Origin: Pseudomonadota bacterium
Lineage (GTDB): Bacteria > Pseudomonadota > Gammaproteobacteria > Burkholderiales > Methylophilaceae
Direction of reading: 5' to 3'
NCBI GenBank assembly: GCA_046047035.1
Contig: JBJOIS010000002.1
Span: 1,101-65,100 of the forward strand
DNA: 64,000 nucleotides
The notes beneath the pieces are model-generated. The model made no database searches, was not told where the DNA came from, and saw only the letters and a program-made list of their open reading frames with translations. Positions 10,369-19,611 of this stretch are shown here, piece after piece (position 1 is the stretch's first letter; each line of letters begins with the position of its first letter). The position numbers and the translations under genes are program-made.

Positions 10369-10644
10369 ATGAGCCAAATTATTATTGACCACAATCCTTC
10401 TCAAGAAAAACTGCAAGAGTTGGGCGTTTCTTCATGGAGCATCTGGGATTGCGCACCATCAAAATTCCCACTTGATTTCGGTATGACTGAAAAAGCATAC
10501 GTGTTAGAAGGTGAGTTTACAGTAACTCCACAAGGTGGCGAGACTGTAACAATCAAAGCTGGTGATTATGTTGAGTTCCCAAAAGGTTTGAAAACACAAT
10601 GGGAAGTAATTAAGCAATTGAAAAAACATTACAAGCACTTCTAA
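10369..10644 (+). CDS. Small cupin-domain protein (DUF861/EutQ-like cupin)
   Basis: 91 aa from the ATG at 10369, preceded by AGGA. The sequence …WSIWDCAPSKFP…EKAYVLEGEFTVTP.GGE…GDYVEFPKGL...W is typical of single-domain cupins. The tracked ORF starts at 10327 without support. Confidence 0.7.
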   Translation: MSQIIIDHNPSQEKLQELGVSSWSIWDCAPSKFPLDFGMTEKAYVLEGEFTVTPQGGETVTIKAGDYVEFPKGLKTQWEVIKQLKKHYKHF

Positions 10645-10665
10645 GAAGTATTCGCTTGTAGCGTT

Positions 10666-10695
10666 AAAAAAGCCCGAGACTCTCGGGCTTTTTTA
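10666..10695. terminator. Bidirectional terminator between the cupin gene and recR
   Basis: AAAAA-GCCCGAG-act-CTCGGGC-TTTTTT: a perfect 7-bp GC-rich stem flanked by A- and T-tracts. Confidence 0.8.
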
Positions 10696-10716
10696 TTCTT
10701 TATTGTTTGCTGAACC

Positions 10717-11316
10717 CTATATCACGCCACGGCGTTCCATCATGGCTTGCGCAAGCGTTCCCGCATCAACGTGTTCAATTTCACCACCCATCGGCATCCC
10801 ACGTGCAATACGTGTGATTTGTACGCCATGTTTATTGAGTAGCTCACTAACATAGTGTGCTGTGGCTTCGCCTTCCACCGTATAGTTGGTTGCAAGTATC
10901 ACTTCTTTTACCAATCCATCTTGTGCGCGCTTGAGTAGTTTTTCTAAATGGATTTCTTTAGGGCCAATTCCGTCTAATGGCGATAGGCGACCCATGAGCA
11001 CGAAGTACATGCCTTGGTAAGCATGCGTTTGCTCCATCATTATCATGTCGGTGGGCATTTCAACCACGCAAAGCGTGCTGCTATCTCGTGAACCTGAAGC
11101 GCACATTGGGCAGGTAGGTTGCTCGCTAAAGGTATTACACAGCTGGCAGTGGCCAACGACTTGTAAGGCTGTATCTAGCGCTGATGCGAGAGTGTTTGCA
11201 CCTTTTCTATCGCGCTGCAATAGGTGGTAGGCCATGCGTGTAGCGGATTTAGGGCCTACGCCAGGTAAGCAGCGTAAGGCCTCAATAAGTTGATCTAAGC
11301 TTGCAGGGGTTTGCAC
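10717..11316 (-). CDS. recR: Recombination protein RecR
   Basis: 199 aa. LPGVGPKSA helix-hairpin-helix, C4 zinc finger CxxC...CxxC and a Toprim domain; ybaB-recR synteny. Confidence 0.96.
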   Translation of the reverse strand: MQTPASLDQLIEALRCLPGVGPKSATRMAYHLLQRDRKGANTLASALDTALQVVGHCQLCNTFSEQPTCPMCASGSRDSSTLCVVEMPTDMIMMEQTHAYQGMYFVLMGRLSPLDGIGPKEIHLEKLLKRAQDGLVKEVILATNYTVEGEATAHYVSELLNKHGVQITRIARGMPMGGEIEHVDAGTLAQAMMERRGVI

Positions 11317-11331
11317 GAGGCTTATAGATAT

Positions 11332-11643
11332 CTAAAAAGGCATCTTCATGCCGGCTGGCATAAGTCCGCTCATGCGGGCTTCTGAAGTCTTTTCTGCTTT
11401 ACTGACCGCATCTTTAATTGCAATCAGCACTAAGTCCTCTAGTGTTTCTTTGTCGTCCATCACGCTGTCATCTATGCTGACGCGTTTTACTTCATTGCGG
11501 CAAGTCATGACAACTTTCACTAAACCATTACTTGCCGCGCCTTCAACTTCAACGTTTGCGAGTTCAGCTTGTGCGCGTTTCATGTTCTCTTGCATCATTT
11601 GGGCTTGTTTCATTAAATTGCCCATGCCGCCTTTATTAAACAT
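11332..11643 (-). CDS. ybaB: Nucleoid-associated protein YbaB/EbfC
   Basis: 103 aa. [18 protein letters not shown]… is the typical YbaB sequence, and the gene lies between dnaX and recR. Confidence 0.93.
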   Translation of the reverse strand: MFNKGGMGNLMKQAQMMQENMKRAQAELANVEVEGAASNGLVKVVMTCRNEVKRVSIDDSVMDDKETLEDLVLIAIKDAVSKAEKTSEARMSGLMPAGMKMPF

Positions 11644-11684
11644 CTTTATTTCCTTTTTAATTAGTAGCTTGTATTGATATTTGA

Positions 11685-13451
11685 TTAAACTGGTTTAATG
11701 CTAGAAGGGATGATGTTTGCCCCAAAGTCTTTCATTAACGCCTGCACAAAATCATCTTGCTGAATGGCTGATTCAGCTTCGGATTGCACAGCGGCTTTCT
11801 CTTCAAAAATCTGCTTGGCTGGCGTGTTGCCTGTGCCGCCAACTTTTAGGCTGAGCTTAATTTTTCTGCCGAAATGCTGATTAATTGCTGCGCTGAGTTT
11901 CTCTTGATAATTAGGGTCTAGTAAGTGCTTTTGTAAATCAGGTACGGTTAAGTTGATGTTGTTTTCATCAAAGCTTTCTAACTCGCAGTTTTGTGCCAAA
12001 GTCCTTGCCAAGCCAAGCTTTAATGCATCAACTAAACCACGCCAGTTGCCATTAAATTGAATGGTGCTTTTTTCAGTGTTTTGATCTTGCGATAAAGAAG
12101 GTTCGTTGAAGTCTTCACGGTTAAAAATTTGAACATTTCTAGACTCGTCTGAATAATCATTACGTTGCGATGCTAATGGTGCTTGTATGGCATCAGTGAG
12201 TGTTGGGGACACTTCTGGCTCGCTTACAGCGATAGTCGCAATTTGCGGTGCAACTTCAACGGCTTTTAATGCAGCACTTGCTGAAGGCCTTGCTGCTGAG
12301 GTTGAGGCTGCATTTGAACTCTGGCTTGAAACAGGGTTGCTTGCTTTGATTGCAGCCGGTGCCGTATCGCTTTGGTTGAAAGCCAGCATGCGTAGTAATG
12401 ACATGGTGAAGCCAGCATACTCATCAGGCGCAAGGCCAATGTCACGACGACCAAGTAGAGCGATTTGATAATAAAGCTGTACTTTTTCTGCGCTGATTTG
12501 TTGCGCCAACTCAAGCAAAGCTGGGCGCTCTGGTAAATCCAAGGCGATGCTGTTTGGCACAACCTGTGTCATCGCAACTTGCTGTAAAAGATTAGCGAGG
12601 TCACCTAGTGCCGCGTCAAAAGCAATGCTGCGCTCTGACATTGCTTTGGCTTGACTCATTAAAGCTTCACCATCGTTTTGAATGAGTGCTTTTAAGAGCT
12701 CGATTAAATAGCTTTGGTCGATTGCGCCTAGCATGGTGCGCACTTCTTTTTCCTGCACGCTCTGGCTGCCATAAGCAATCGCTTGGTCTAGCAATGAAAG
12801 CGCATCTCGCATACTGCCAGAAGCTGCCTTGGCAATGAGTTGCAGAGCAGGCACTTCAAAAGGAATATTTTCGGTTTTTAAAATAGCTTGGCAATGTTCA
12901 GTAATTGACGTGCTCGCCATTTGACGCAAATTAAACTGCAAACAACGTGATAGCACGGTCACAGGCATTTTTTGTGGATCAGTTGTCGCAAGAATAAACT
13001 TAACATGTGCTGGAGGTTCCTCCAGTGTTTTAAGCATGGCGTTAAACGAGCTACGGCTGAGCATGTGTACTTCGTCGATAATGTACACCTTAAAGCGTCC
13101 AGCAGTGGGCGCGTATTGGGCGTTATCCAATAAGTCGCGCATATTGTCGACTTGGGTGTTGGATGCTGCATCTACCTCAATCAAATCGATAAAGCGGCCT
13201 TTGTCTATATCGACACAAGCAGAACAAACTCCGCAAGGGTGTGCTGTGATACCTGTTTCACAGTTGAGTGATTTGGCGAGGATGCGAGCGATGGTGGTTT
13301 TTCCAACACCACGTGTACCGGTGAGAAGGTAAGCATGATGCAGGCGTTGTTGCTCAAGCGCATTGGTTAAAGCGCGTACGACGTGCTCTTGGCCGATTAA
13401 TGTTTCAAATGACTTTGGGCGCCATTTGCGCGCGAGAACTTGGTAACTCAT
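11685..13451 (-). CDS. dnaX: DNA polymerase III subunit tau (and possibly gamma)
   Basis: 588 aa. [12 protein letters not shown], Walker [10 protein letters not shown], zinc module CxxC..C..C, DEVHML and the SRC motif (LSRC). An Ala/Ser/Pro-rich linker precedes a conserved C-terminal tau segment. Confidence 0.96.
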   Translation of the reverse strand: MSYQVLARKWRPKSFETLIGQEHVVRALTNALEQQRLHHAYLLTGTRGVGKTTIARILAKSLNCETGITAHPCGVCSACVDIDKGRFIDLIEVDAASNTQVDNMRDLLDNAQYAPTAGRFKVYIIDEVHMLSRSSFNAMLKTLEEPPAHVKFILATTDPQKMPVTVLSRCLQFNLRQMASTSITEHCQAILKTENIPFEVPALQLIAKAASGSMRDALSLLDQAIAYGSQSVQEKEVRTMLGAIDQSYLIELLKALIQNDGEALMSQAKAMSERSIAFDAALGDLANLLQQVAMTQVVPNSIALDLPERPALLELAQQISAEKVQLYYQIALLGRRDIGLAPDEYAGFTMSLLRMLAFNQSDTAPAAIKASNPVSSQSSNAASTSAARPSASAALKAVEVAPQIATIAVSEPEVSPTLTDAIQAPLASQRNDYSDESRNVQIFNREDFNEPSLSQDQNTEKSTIQFNGNWRGLVDALKLGLARTLAQNCELESFDENNINLTVPDLQKHLLDPNYQEKLSAAINQHFGRKIKLSLKVGGTGNTPAKQIFEEKAAVQSEAESAIQQDDFVQALMKDFGANIIPSSIKPV

Positions 13452-13578
13452 CGAATATCTAGCTTAATAAATAAGGCATTAACTTTAGCTTAATTTGTCA
13501 CAAAATGGCTAAAAAATTACGCTGAAAACGTCAAATAAAAATAGCTGTTTGATCTGGATGGATTTTTGTAAAACGATA

Positions 13579-13678
13579 GGAGGCGAGCCAAACCCCCGGC
13601 ACTTGCTTAATAGTTGTGGCTGCTTCCTTCCGGACCTGACCAGGTTGGCTATCTTACAATGCGGGGAGGCCCGCCAAA
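13579..13678 (-). ncRNA. ffs: Signal recognition particle RNA (4.5S type)
   Basis: The minus strand contains ACCTGGTCAGGTCCGGAAGGAAGCAGCC, essentially identical to the conserved domain IV of E. coli 4.5S RNA. The flanks GGCGGGCCTCCCCGC / GCCGGGGGTTTGGCTCGCC pair to close the hairpin. Ends are accurate only to within a few nt. Confidence 0.88.
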
Positions 13679-13764
13679 CGCTATTTTACATCAAGACGAC
13701 ATTCTGAGGCGAACTGAAAATGAATTTATAAGCGGCTATAGTTGCGCTATAATCCGCCACCCAC

Positions 13765-13854
13765 GGAGAGATGGATGAGTGGTTTAAGTCACCACCCTGG
13801 AAAGGTGGCACAGGGTTATCCCTGTCGCGAGTTCGAATCTCGCTCTCTCCGCCA
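13765..13854 (+). tRNA. tRNA-Ser (anticodon GGA)
   Basis: Hand fold: acceptor GGAGAGA/TCTCTCC, anticodon stem CCACC/GGTGG with loop CTGGAAA, long variable arm, T arm GCGAG-TTCGAAT-CTCGC, encoded CCA. Confidence 0.93.
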
Positions 13855-13863
13855 GGGCTTTTG

Positions 13864-14319
13864 TTACACAAATCTACGCATAGAACCTGTTACCACGCCG
13901 ACAATCGCAATTCGTTCAGCATCAGCAAAATTAATCGCTTGGCAGTTTGTGTTGCCTGGTAGTAATTGTTGTTGGCCTAAGTACTTCACAGTAAATTCAC
14001 CATCTACCTCTGCTAGTACAATATGACCGATGCTAGGCTCTAATGATCGGTCCACAACAACAACGTCACCATCTACAATGCCAGCATTAAGCATTGAGTC
14101 GCCTTTAACTTTAACGAAGTAGGTCGCCATTGGATTTTTCACTAGCAAGTCATCGGCGCTAAGCCTTGCTTCGATGTGCATGGGGCTGAAAACGCCTGCT
14201 GAAGCGACTTGGTTGTAAAGTGGAATGTACGCGCTTTTATTAGATGTGCGTGTATAAATCTCCGCGACGTTGTTCGTATGTTTGCGGTTGTAGCTGCTAA
14301 TGAAATTTAATGGATTCAT
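13864..14319 (-). CDS. umuD: UmuD-like S24 peptidase (LexA-type self-cleaving domain, no HTH domain)
   Basis: 151 aa from the ATG at 14319, preceded by AAGGGTGA. It aligns by eye with E. coli UmuD: IPLYNQVASAG (Ala-Gly cleavage position), VKGDSM (Ser nucleophile), DGEFTVK (Lys). The tracked ORF (to 14574) runs through a tRNA gene and is not credible upstream of 14319. Confidence 0.85.
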   Translation of the reverse strand: MNPLNFISSYNRKHTNNVAEIYTRTSNKSAYIPLYNQVASAGVFSPMHIEARLSADDLLVKNPMATYFVKVKGDSMLNAGIVDGDVVVVDRSLEPSIGHIVLAEVDGEFTVKYLGQQQLLPGNTNCQAINFADAERIAIVGVVTGSMRRFV

Positions 14320-14342
14320 GTTTTCACCCTTTATCGTCTTTG

Positions 14343-14358
14343 TTGTACGTTCGTACAG
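14343..14358 (-). promoter_or_regulatory. LexA (SOS) box upstream of the umuD-like gene
   Basis: The minus strand reads CTGTACGAACGTACAA, matching 7 of 8 core positions of CTGT-N8-ACAG with near-palindromic arms. It lies 23 nt upstream of the ATG. Confidence 0.7.
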
Positions 14359-14518
14359 TTGAGTGAATATTACGGATTTGAAGTAGCTTTGTCTATCTCT
14401 TTTGTAATGAAAATTTAAATGAGTTGCGAGAATCTGCTGAAGATGCCTTGCTTTATAGGGTTGTGGCCCCATATAACAATATAGAAAAAAGTTTGATGAT
14501 GTGCTGTGTTGATGCGTT

Positions 14519-14602
14519 TGGTGCCAAAAAAAGACTCGAACCTTCACACCCGAAGGCACATGGACCTGAACCATGCGCGTCTACCAATTTCGCCATTTGG
14601 GC
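14519..14602 (-). tRNA. tRNA-Leu (anticodon CAG), with an atypical 3' end
   Basis: The minus strand reads GCCCAAATGGCGAAATTGGTAGACGCG…, with anticodon stem CATGG/CCATG, loop TTCAGGT, a long variable arm and T loop TTCGAGT. The 3' acceptor strand appears one nt short (TTTGGC vs the expected TTTGGGC), and the T stem needs two G-U pairs. See findings. Confidence 0.75.
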
Positions 14603-14679
14603 TATACTACGACAAGTAGATTTTAACGTAAGAGAATCAAGAATTAATCTAAGAAGTAATCTAATAGGAACAATAAGCT

Positions 14680-17133
14680 TTGGCTCATAAAAAAACACCG
14701 CGAAACTCAAAAAGACACGCGGATCCGCACGCTCAACGAGAGTCTGCAAACTACGAAAATCCCTTGCCTAGTCGCGAGTTTATTCTGCAAATGATGGCAG
14801 ACCAAGGCGTGCCTTTGCACGTTGAAGACCTATATGATCTGCTCGAGATTGGTGAGGATGAAAAAGAAATATTTAACCGTCGCCTCAATGCGATGGAGCG
14901 GGAAGGACAGATCATGCGTAACCGCAAAAATGTCCTTTGTATTGCAGAGAAACTACATTTAATCGCAGGCAAGATTCAAGGCCACGCTGATGGCTTTGGC
15001 TTTTTAATTCCTGATAATGGTGGAGATGACTTATTTTTGTCGCCTCGTGAAATGGCGCAAGTCATGCACGGTGACCGCGCCATGGTGCGTCAGTCTGGCT
15101 TCGACCGGAAAGGTCGTCCAGAGGGTAAGATTGTTGAGGTTCTTGAGCGCGCAACTAAGAAGTTAGTCGGCCGTTTGATTCGTGAGCAAGGCGTCACCTT
15201 AGTTGCGGCTGAGGACAAACGTATCAATCAAGATATTTTAGTGCCACCCGGTCAAGATATGCAGGCGAAAGCTGGGCAGGTGGTGATGGTTGAGTTGATT
15301 GAGCAGCCGTCCGCTTATGCTAAGCCGATTGGTAAGGTTGTAGAGGTTCTTGGTAATTATGCGGACTCTGGCATGGAGATTGAGATTGCGCTGCGTAAGC
15401 ATCAATTGCCACACGAGTTTAATCCTGCCTCGGTAAAGCAAGCTGAAGGCTATCCTCGATTGGTTCAACCACAGGATTACAAGGGACGTATTGATTTGCG
15501 TGAGATGCCATTGATTACGATTGATGGTGAAACTGCGCGTGACTTCGATGATGCGGTATTTTGTGAGCCACAAGGCAAGGGTTGGCGCGTTGTAGTGGCG
15601 ATTGCTGATGTGAGCTTTTATGTGAAGCCTGGCGATGCATTAGATAAAGATGCTTACGACAGAGGAAATTCTGTTTATTTTCCACGTCGCGTGATTCCAA
15701 TGTTGCCAGAGGCTTTGTCTAATGGCCTTTGCTCGCTTAATCCAGATGTTGAGCGTTTATGTATGGTCTGCGATATGCAGGTGGATGGCACTGGTGTCGT
15801 AAAACGTTATCAATTCTATCCTTCTGTCATGCGCTCAAAAGCCCGCATGACGTACACCAAAGTACATGAAATTTTGACGCAGCCTGATGGTGAGTTGGCA
15901 AAAGAATACGCTTGGTTAGTGCCCCATTTAGAGAACTTAAATAGCTTCTATAAGCTGTCATTGGCTGTGCGTGAAAAGCGCGGCGCCATTGAGTTTGACA
16001 GCCAAGAAACGCTGATGGTATTTAACGAAAATGGCAAGATTGATCGTATTGAGCCCACTTCGCGTAATGATGCTCATCGTTTAATTGAAGAGTGTATGTT
16101 GGCGGCAAATGTTTGCGCAGCTGATTTCTTAAAGACACATGAGCATCCAGCGCTTTACCGTATTCACGAAGGCCCAACCCCTGAAAAACTAGAAGCTTTG
16201 CGCACCTTTATGGGCGAATTTGGCTTTGGTGTGGGTGGCGGTGATACGCCACACGCAAAGGACTACGGTAAGCTCTTGGCGCGCATTAAAGGCCGCCCTG
16301 ATGAGCAGTTGCTGCAAACCGTCTTGCTACGCTCTATGCAGCAAGCTGTTTACAGCCCAGATAATGTCGGTCACTTTGGCTTAGCCTATGAGGCTTATGC
16401 CCACTTTACTTCGCCCATTCGTCGTTACCCAGATTTGATTATTCATCGTGCGATTAAAGCCGTACTTAAAGGTGAGCGTTATCAAGGAGGGGACTTTCAT
16501 CAACTAGGTCAACATTGCTCAATGACGGAGCGTCGTGCCGATGATGCAACTCGTGATGTGCAAGCTTGGCTCAAATGCTTTTACATGCAAGATAAGATTG
16601 GCGAAGAATACGATGGTACTGTGGCTGGCGTAACCAGCTTTGGTTTATTTGTAGCGCTAGATGGTGTTTATGTGGAAGGCTTGCTGCATGTCACGGAGTT
16701 AGGCAACGACTACTTTAACTTTGATAAAGCGCGTCATGAAATGGCGGGCGAGCGAACAGGCGTTAAATATCGTTTAGGTGATCGATTGCGCGTGAAGGTA
16801 AGTCGCGTAGACTTGGAGACATCGCGTATAGACTTTGTTTTAGCCGATACTAATAAACTCACGCCGATTAGCGAGGAAGACTCAATCTTGCCTGAGCGTT
16901 ACCGTAGCAAAGGTAGCGATAAAAAAGCTACGTCAAAAGTTGAAGTTAAACAGACTGAAAGAAAAACCTTAAAGGTATCTGCGCCTTGGGATAAAAACAG
17001 CGCGCCAAAGTCTAGTCGTGCTAAAAAGGCAAATGCTAATAAAAGTCGCAGTCACAAGACTGGTGGCGCTTCATCCAAGCCTAATGCAGGCTCAAAAGCA
17101 CGCCCTGCAAAGTCAGCACCAAGAAAAAAGTAA
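14680..17133 (+). CDS. rnr: Ribonuclease R
   Basis: 817 aa. It has an RNB catalytic domain (…DGETARDFDDAV…, HFGL, YAHFTSPIRRYPDL), a C-terminal S1 domain and a Lys-rich tail. The tracked start is TTG at 14680 and the true start is uncertain. Confidence 0.93.
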   Translation: MAHKKTPRNSKRHADPHAQRESANYENPLPSREFILQMMADQGVPLHVEDLYDLLEIGEDEKEIFNRRLNAMEREGQIMRNRKNVLCIAEKLHLIAGKIQGHADGFGFLIPDNGGDDLFLSPREMAQVMHGDRAMVRQSGFDRKGRPEGKIVEVLERATKKLVGRLIREQGVTLVAAEDKRINQDILVPPGQDMQAKAGQVVMVELIEQPSAYAKPIGKVVEVLGNYADSGMEIEIALRKHQLPHEFNPASVKQAEGYPRLVQPQDYKGRIDLREMPLITIDGETARDFDDAVFCEPQGKGWRVVVAIADVSFYVKPGDALDKDAYDRGNSVYFPRRVIPMLPEALSNGLCSLNPDVERLCMVCDMQVDGTGVVKRYQFYPSVMRSKARMTYTKVHEILTQPDGELAKEYAWLVPHLENLNSFYKLSLAVREKRGAIEFDSQETLMVFNENGKIDRIEPTSRNDAHRLIEECMLAANVCAADFLKTHEHPALYRIHEGPTPEKLEALRTFMGEFGFGVGGGDTPHAKDYGKLLARIKGRPDEQLLQTVLLRSMQQAVYSPDNVGHFGLAYEAYAHFTSPIRRYPDLIIHRAIKAVLKGERYQGGDFHQLGQHCSMTERRADDATRDVQAWLKCFYMQDKIGEEYDGTVAGVTSFGLFVALDGVYVEGLLHVTELGNDYFNFDKARHEMAGERTGVKYRLGDRLRVKVSRVDLETSRIDFVLADTNKLTPISEEDSILPERYRSKGSDKKATSKVEVKQTERKTLKVSAPWDKNSAPKSSRAKKANANKSRSHKTGGASSKPNAGSKARPAKSAPRKK

Positions 17134-17186
17134 TCGGCCAAATTAAGTTAAGTTAAAAAGAATATTAAAAGCAAAGGTTTTAAGTA

Positions 17187-17936
17187 ATGAGTGATGCAAG
17201 AATTTTATTTGGTTTCCATGCCGTTTTAAGCCGTCTTCGTCAGCATGGCGCAAGCGTGCAAGAGATTTTGATTGACCGCGACCGCATTGATGCGCGCATG
17301 AAGGATTTGTTGAGCCTTGCAGAACAAGCCAACGTTCGCACGATGGAAGTGGATAGGGCGCGCTTGGATGGATTGGCTGGTATGAATGGTCGCCACCAAG
17401 GGGTGATTGCACGTGTTGTGGATACCCCAATTCCATACAAAGACATTTACGACATTTTGGAATCTGGCCTTAAAGAGCCACCATTCTTTTTAATCTTAGA
17501 TGGTGTCGAAGATCCGCATAATCTAGGGGCGTGTTTGCGTGTGGCAGATGCAATGGGTGTCCATGCGGTCATCGCGCCTAAAGACAGGGCAGTGGGCCTA
17601 AACGCCACCGTTCGTAAAGTAGCTTGTGGTGCGGCTGAAACGGTTCCATTTTTGGCGGTGACTAACTTAGCTCGCACGATACGCGAGCTTCAAGAGGCTG
17701 GCGTGTTTGTATTTGGGGCTTCAGCAGAGGCTGAGCATGATTTGCTCGCTACAAAATTCGATGGCCCTGTGGCACTGGTATTGGGTGCTGAAGGCACAGG
17801 TTTGCGTCGATTAACTGAAGAAACATGCGATGCTTTAGTCAGTATTCCAATGTTTGGCAGTGTGGAAAGCTTGAATGTTTCTGTGGCGAGTGGGATTTGC
17901 CTATATGAAGTGCGTCGCCAACGAAGCTTGAAGTAA
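17187..17936 (+). CDS. rlmB: 23S rRNA (guanosine-2'-O)-methyltransferase RlmB (SpoU/TrmH family)
   Basis: 249 aa. [26 protein letters not shown] and [14 protein letters not shown] SpoU motifs; rnr-rlmB synteny. Confidence 0.92.
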   Translation: MSDARILFGFHAVLSRLRQHGASVQEILIDRDRIDARMKDLLSLAEQANVRTMEVDRARLDGLAGMNGRHQGVIARVVDTPIPYKDIYDILESGLKEPPFFLILDGVEDPHNLGACLRVADAMGVHAVIAPKDRAVGLNATVRKVACGAAETVPFLAVTNLARTIRELQEAGVFVFGASAEAEHDLLATKFDGPVALVLGAEGTGLRRLTEETCDALVSIPMFGSVESLNVSVASGICLYEVRRQRSLK

Positions 17937-17962
17937 CTTAATCTTGCTGTTTTAGCTTTATT

Positions 17963-17995
17963 AAAGGCCGTTAAAATGTTATTTTAGCGGTCTTT
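17963..17995 (+). terminator. Hairpin after rlmB
   Basis: AAAGGCCGTTAAAA-tgtta-TTTTAGCGGTCTTT: a 14-bp stem with two G-U pairs. The trailing T-tract is weak. Confidence 0.45.
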
Positions 17996-18090
17996 ATGCT
18001 TTATAGATTTGCAACCCATTTTTCTTTCTAAATCGCGGTTGGATTTAGAGTTTTTTTGTTGTTTTGTAATGTTATTTTATTGGAGTAATT

Positions 18091-18498
18091 ATGGCTTTAG
18101 AACGTACTTTATCTATCATCAAACCTGACGCAGTTGCTAAAAACGTGATTGGTCAAATCTACACACGTTTTGAAAACGCTGGTTTGAAAATCGTTGCAGC
18201 TAAAATGGCGCAATTATCACAAGCTGAAGCTGAAGGTTTCTACGCTGTTCACAAAGAGCGTCCTTTCTTTGCTGATTTAGTTAAATTTATGATTTCAGGC
18301 CCAGTAATGATTCAAGCGCTTGAAGGCGAAGGCGCTGTATTGAAAAACCGTGATTTGATGGGTGCAACTAATCCTAAAGAAGCGGCTGCGGGCACTATTC
18401 GTGCTGACTTCGCTGAAAGCATTGATGCTAACGCTGTTCACGGTTCTGACTCTGCTGAAAACGCAGCAATCGAAATCGCTTACTTCTTCGGTAAGTAA
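18091..18498 (+). CDS. ndk: Nucleoside diphosphate kinase
   Basis: 135 aa. [12 protein letters not shown], and the active-site NAVHGSDS motif. Confidence 0.96.
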   Translation: MALERTLSIIKPDAVAKNVIGQIYTRFENAGLKIVAAKMAQLSQAEAEGFYAVHKERPFFADLVKFMISGPVMIQALEGEGAVLKNRDLMGATNPKEAAAGTIRADFAESIDANAVHGSDSAENAAIEIAYFFGK

Positions 18499-18507
18499 TT
18501 GTAGTTC

Positions 18508-19611
18508 ATGATTAATCTGCTCGATTTTAACCAAGCGCAACTTGCTGAATACTTTGTAAGTTTGGGCGAGAAGCCTTTTCGCGCTAAACAATTGATGCGC
18601 TGGATGCATCACTTTGGTGTGAATGATTTTGAGCAGATGACTGATATTGCTAAATCTCTTCGTGAGAAATTAGCTGCCACGACCACCATCACCCCTCCCA
18701 ACGTGCAACTTGAGCAGATTTCTAATGATGGAACGCGCAAGTGGTTGGTGGGTGCTGGTACTGGCAATGGTGTAGAAACCGTGTTTATTCCAGAAGACGA
18801 TAGAGGTACGTTGTGTATTTCATCGCAAGTCGGCTGTGCCCTTGAATGTACGTTTTGTTCGACGGGTCGCCAAGGATTTAACCGTAATCTAAGCGTTTCT
18901 GAGATTATTGGGCAATTATGGTTGGCCAACCATTCGCTCAGACAAGATCCCGATTACGGCATGCTCCCAATGAGTGAGCGCATTATCAGCAATGTCGTGA
19001 TGATGGGGATGGGTGAGCCACTCACCAATTACGACAATGTTGTGACTGCGATGCAAATTATGTTGGACGACTCTGCTTATGGTTTGAGTCGCCGTCGTGT
19101 CACGCTTTCAACGAGTGGCATAGTGCCGGCCATGGATAGATTGAAAGAGGACTGCCCTGTGGCATTGGCGGTTTCATTACATGCTCCGAATGATGCGCTG
19201 CGTGATGTGATTGTGCCGATTAATAAGAAATATCCGCTTAAAGAGTTGATGGCTGCTTGCCAACGCTATTTGGTGAAAGCCCCGCGCGATTTTGTAACGT
19301 TTGAATATGTGATGCTTGATGCCGTAAACGACAGCTTTGACCATGCCAAAGAGTTATTGAACTTAGTTAAAGATGTACCGTGTAAATTCAACCTAATTCC
19401 GTTCAACCCATTCCCTAACAGTGGCTACGAAACATCGCGCCCAGATAACATTCGTCGTTTTAGAGATGTTTTGATGCAGGCTGGGTATGTCGTGACAACA
19501 CGCAAAACGCGTGGTGACGATATTGATGCGGCTTGTGGTCAATTGGCTGGACAAGTCCAAGATAAAACTAAAAGAACAGCGCGCCCAATTATTTTGGAAA
19601 GAGCGTTATGA
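18508..19611 (+). CDS. rlmN: Dual-specificity RNA methyltransferase RlmN (radical SAM)
   Basis: 367 aa. FRAKQLMRW and the radical-SAM cluster motif [12 protein letters not shown]; a C-terminal Cys (DIDAACGQL). Confidence 0.95.
   Translation: MINLLDFNQAQLAEYFVSLGEKPFRAKQLMRWMHHFGVNDFEQMTDIAKSLREKLAATTTITPPNVQLEQISNDGTRKWLVGAGTGNGVETVFIPEDDRGTLCISSQVGCALECTFCSTGRQGFNRNLSVSEIIGQLWLANHSLRQDPDYGMLPMSERIISNVVMMGMGEPLTNYDNVVTAMQIMLDDSAYGLSRRRVTLSTSGIVPAMDRLKEDCPVALAVSLHAPNDALRDVIVPINKKYPLKELMAACQRYLVKAPRDFVTFEYVMLDAVNDSFDHAKELLNLVKDVPCKFNLIPFNPFPNSGYETSRPDNIRRFRDVLMQAGYVVTTRKTRGDDIDAACGQLAGQVQDKTKRTARPIILERAL

Noticed and set aside
11348-11677. A 109-aa ORF antisense to ybaB. Similar antisense or alternative-frame ORFs occur inside dnaX (12187-12468, 12266-12562, 13036-13332), ppsA (37076-37489, 37703-38274), the RND pump (46502-46819), hflK/hflC (52769-53155), the flavoprotein/DHPS-like genes (56750-57145), the S4 gene (40367-40720), def (9807-10064) and rlmB (17143-17677).
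   Set aside because: All lie fully within strongly supported conserved genes, show low-complexity or biased composition typical of shadow ORFs, and lack SD sequences. I found no evidence for overlapping genes.
13864-14574. A 236-aa tracked ORF suggesting a much longer N-terminus for the S24 peptidase.
   Set aside because: The extension runs across the promoter/SOS-box region and into the tRNA-Leu gene (14519-14602). The UmuD-like homology begins only after the ATG at 14319, which has a good SD.
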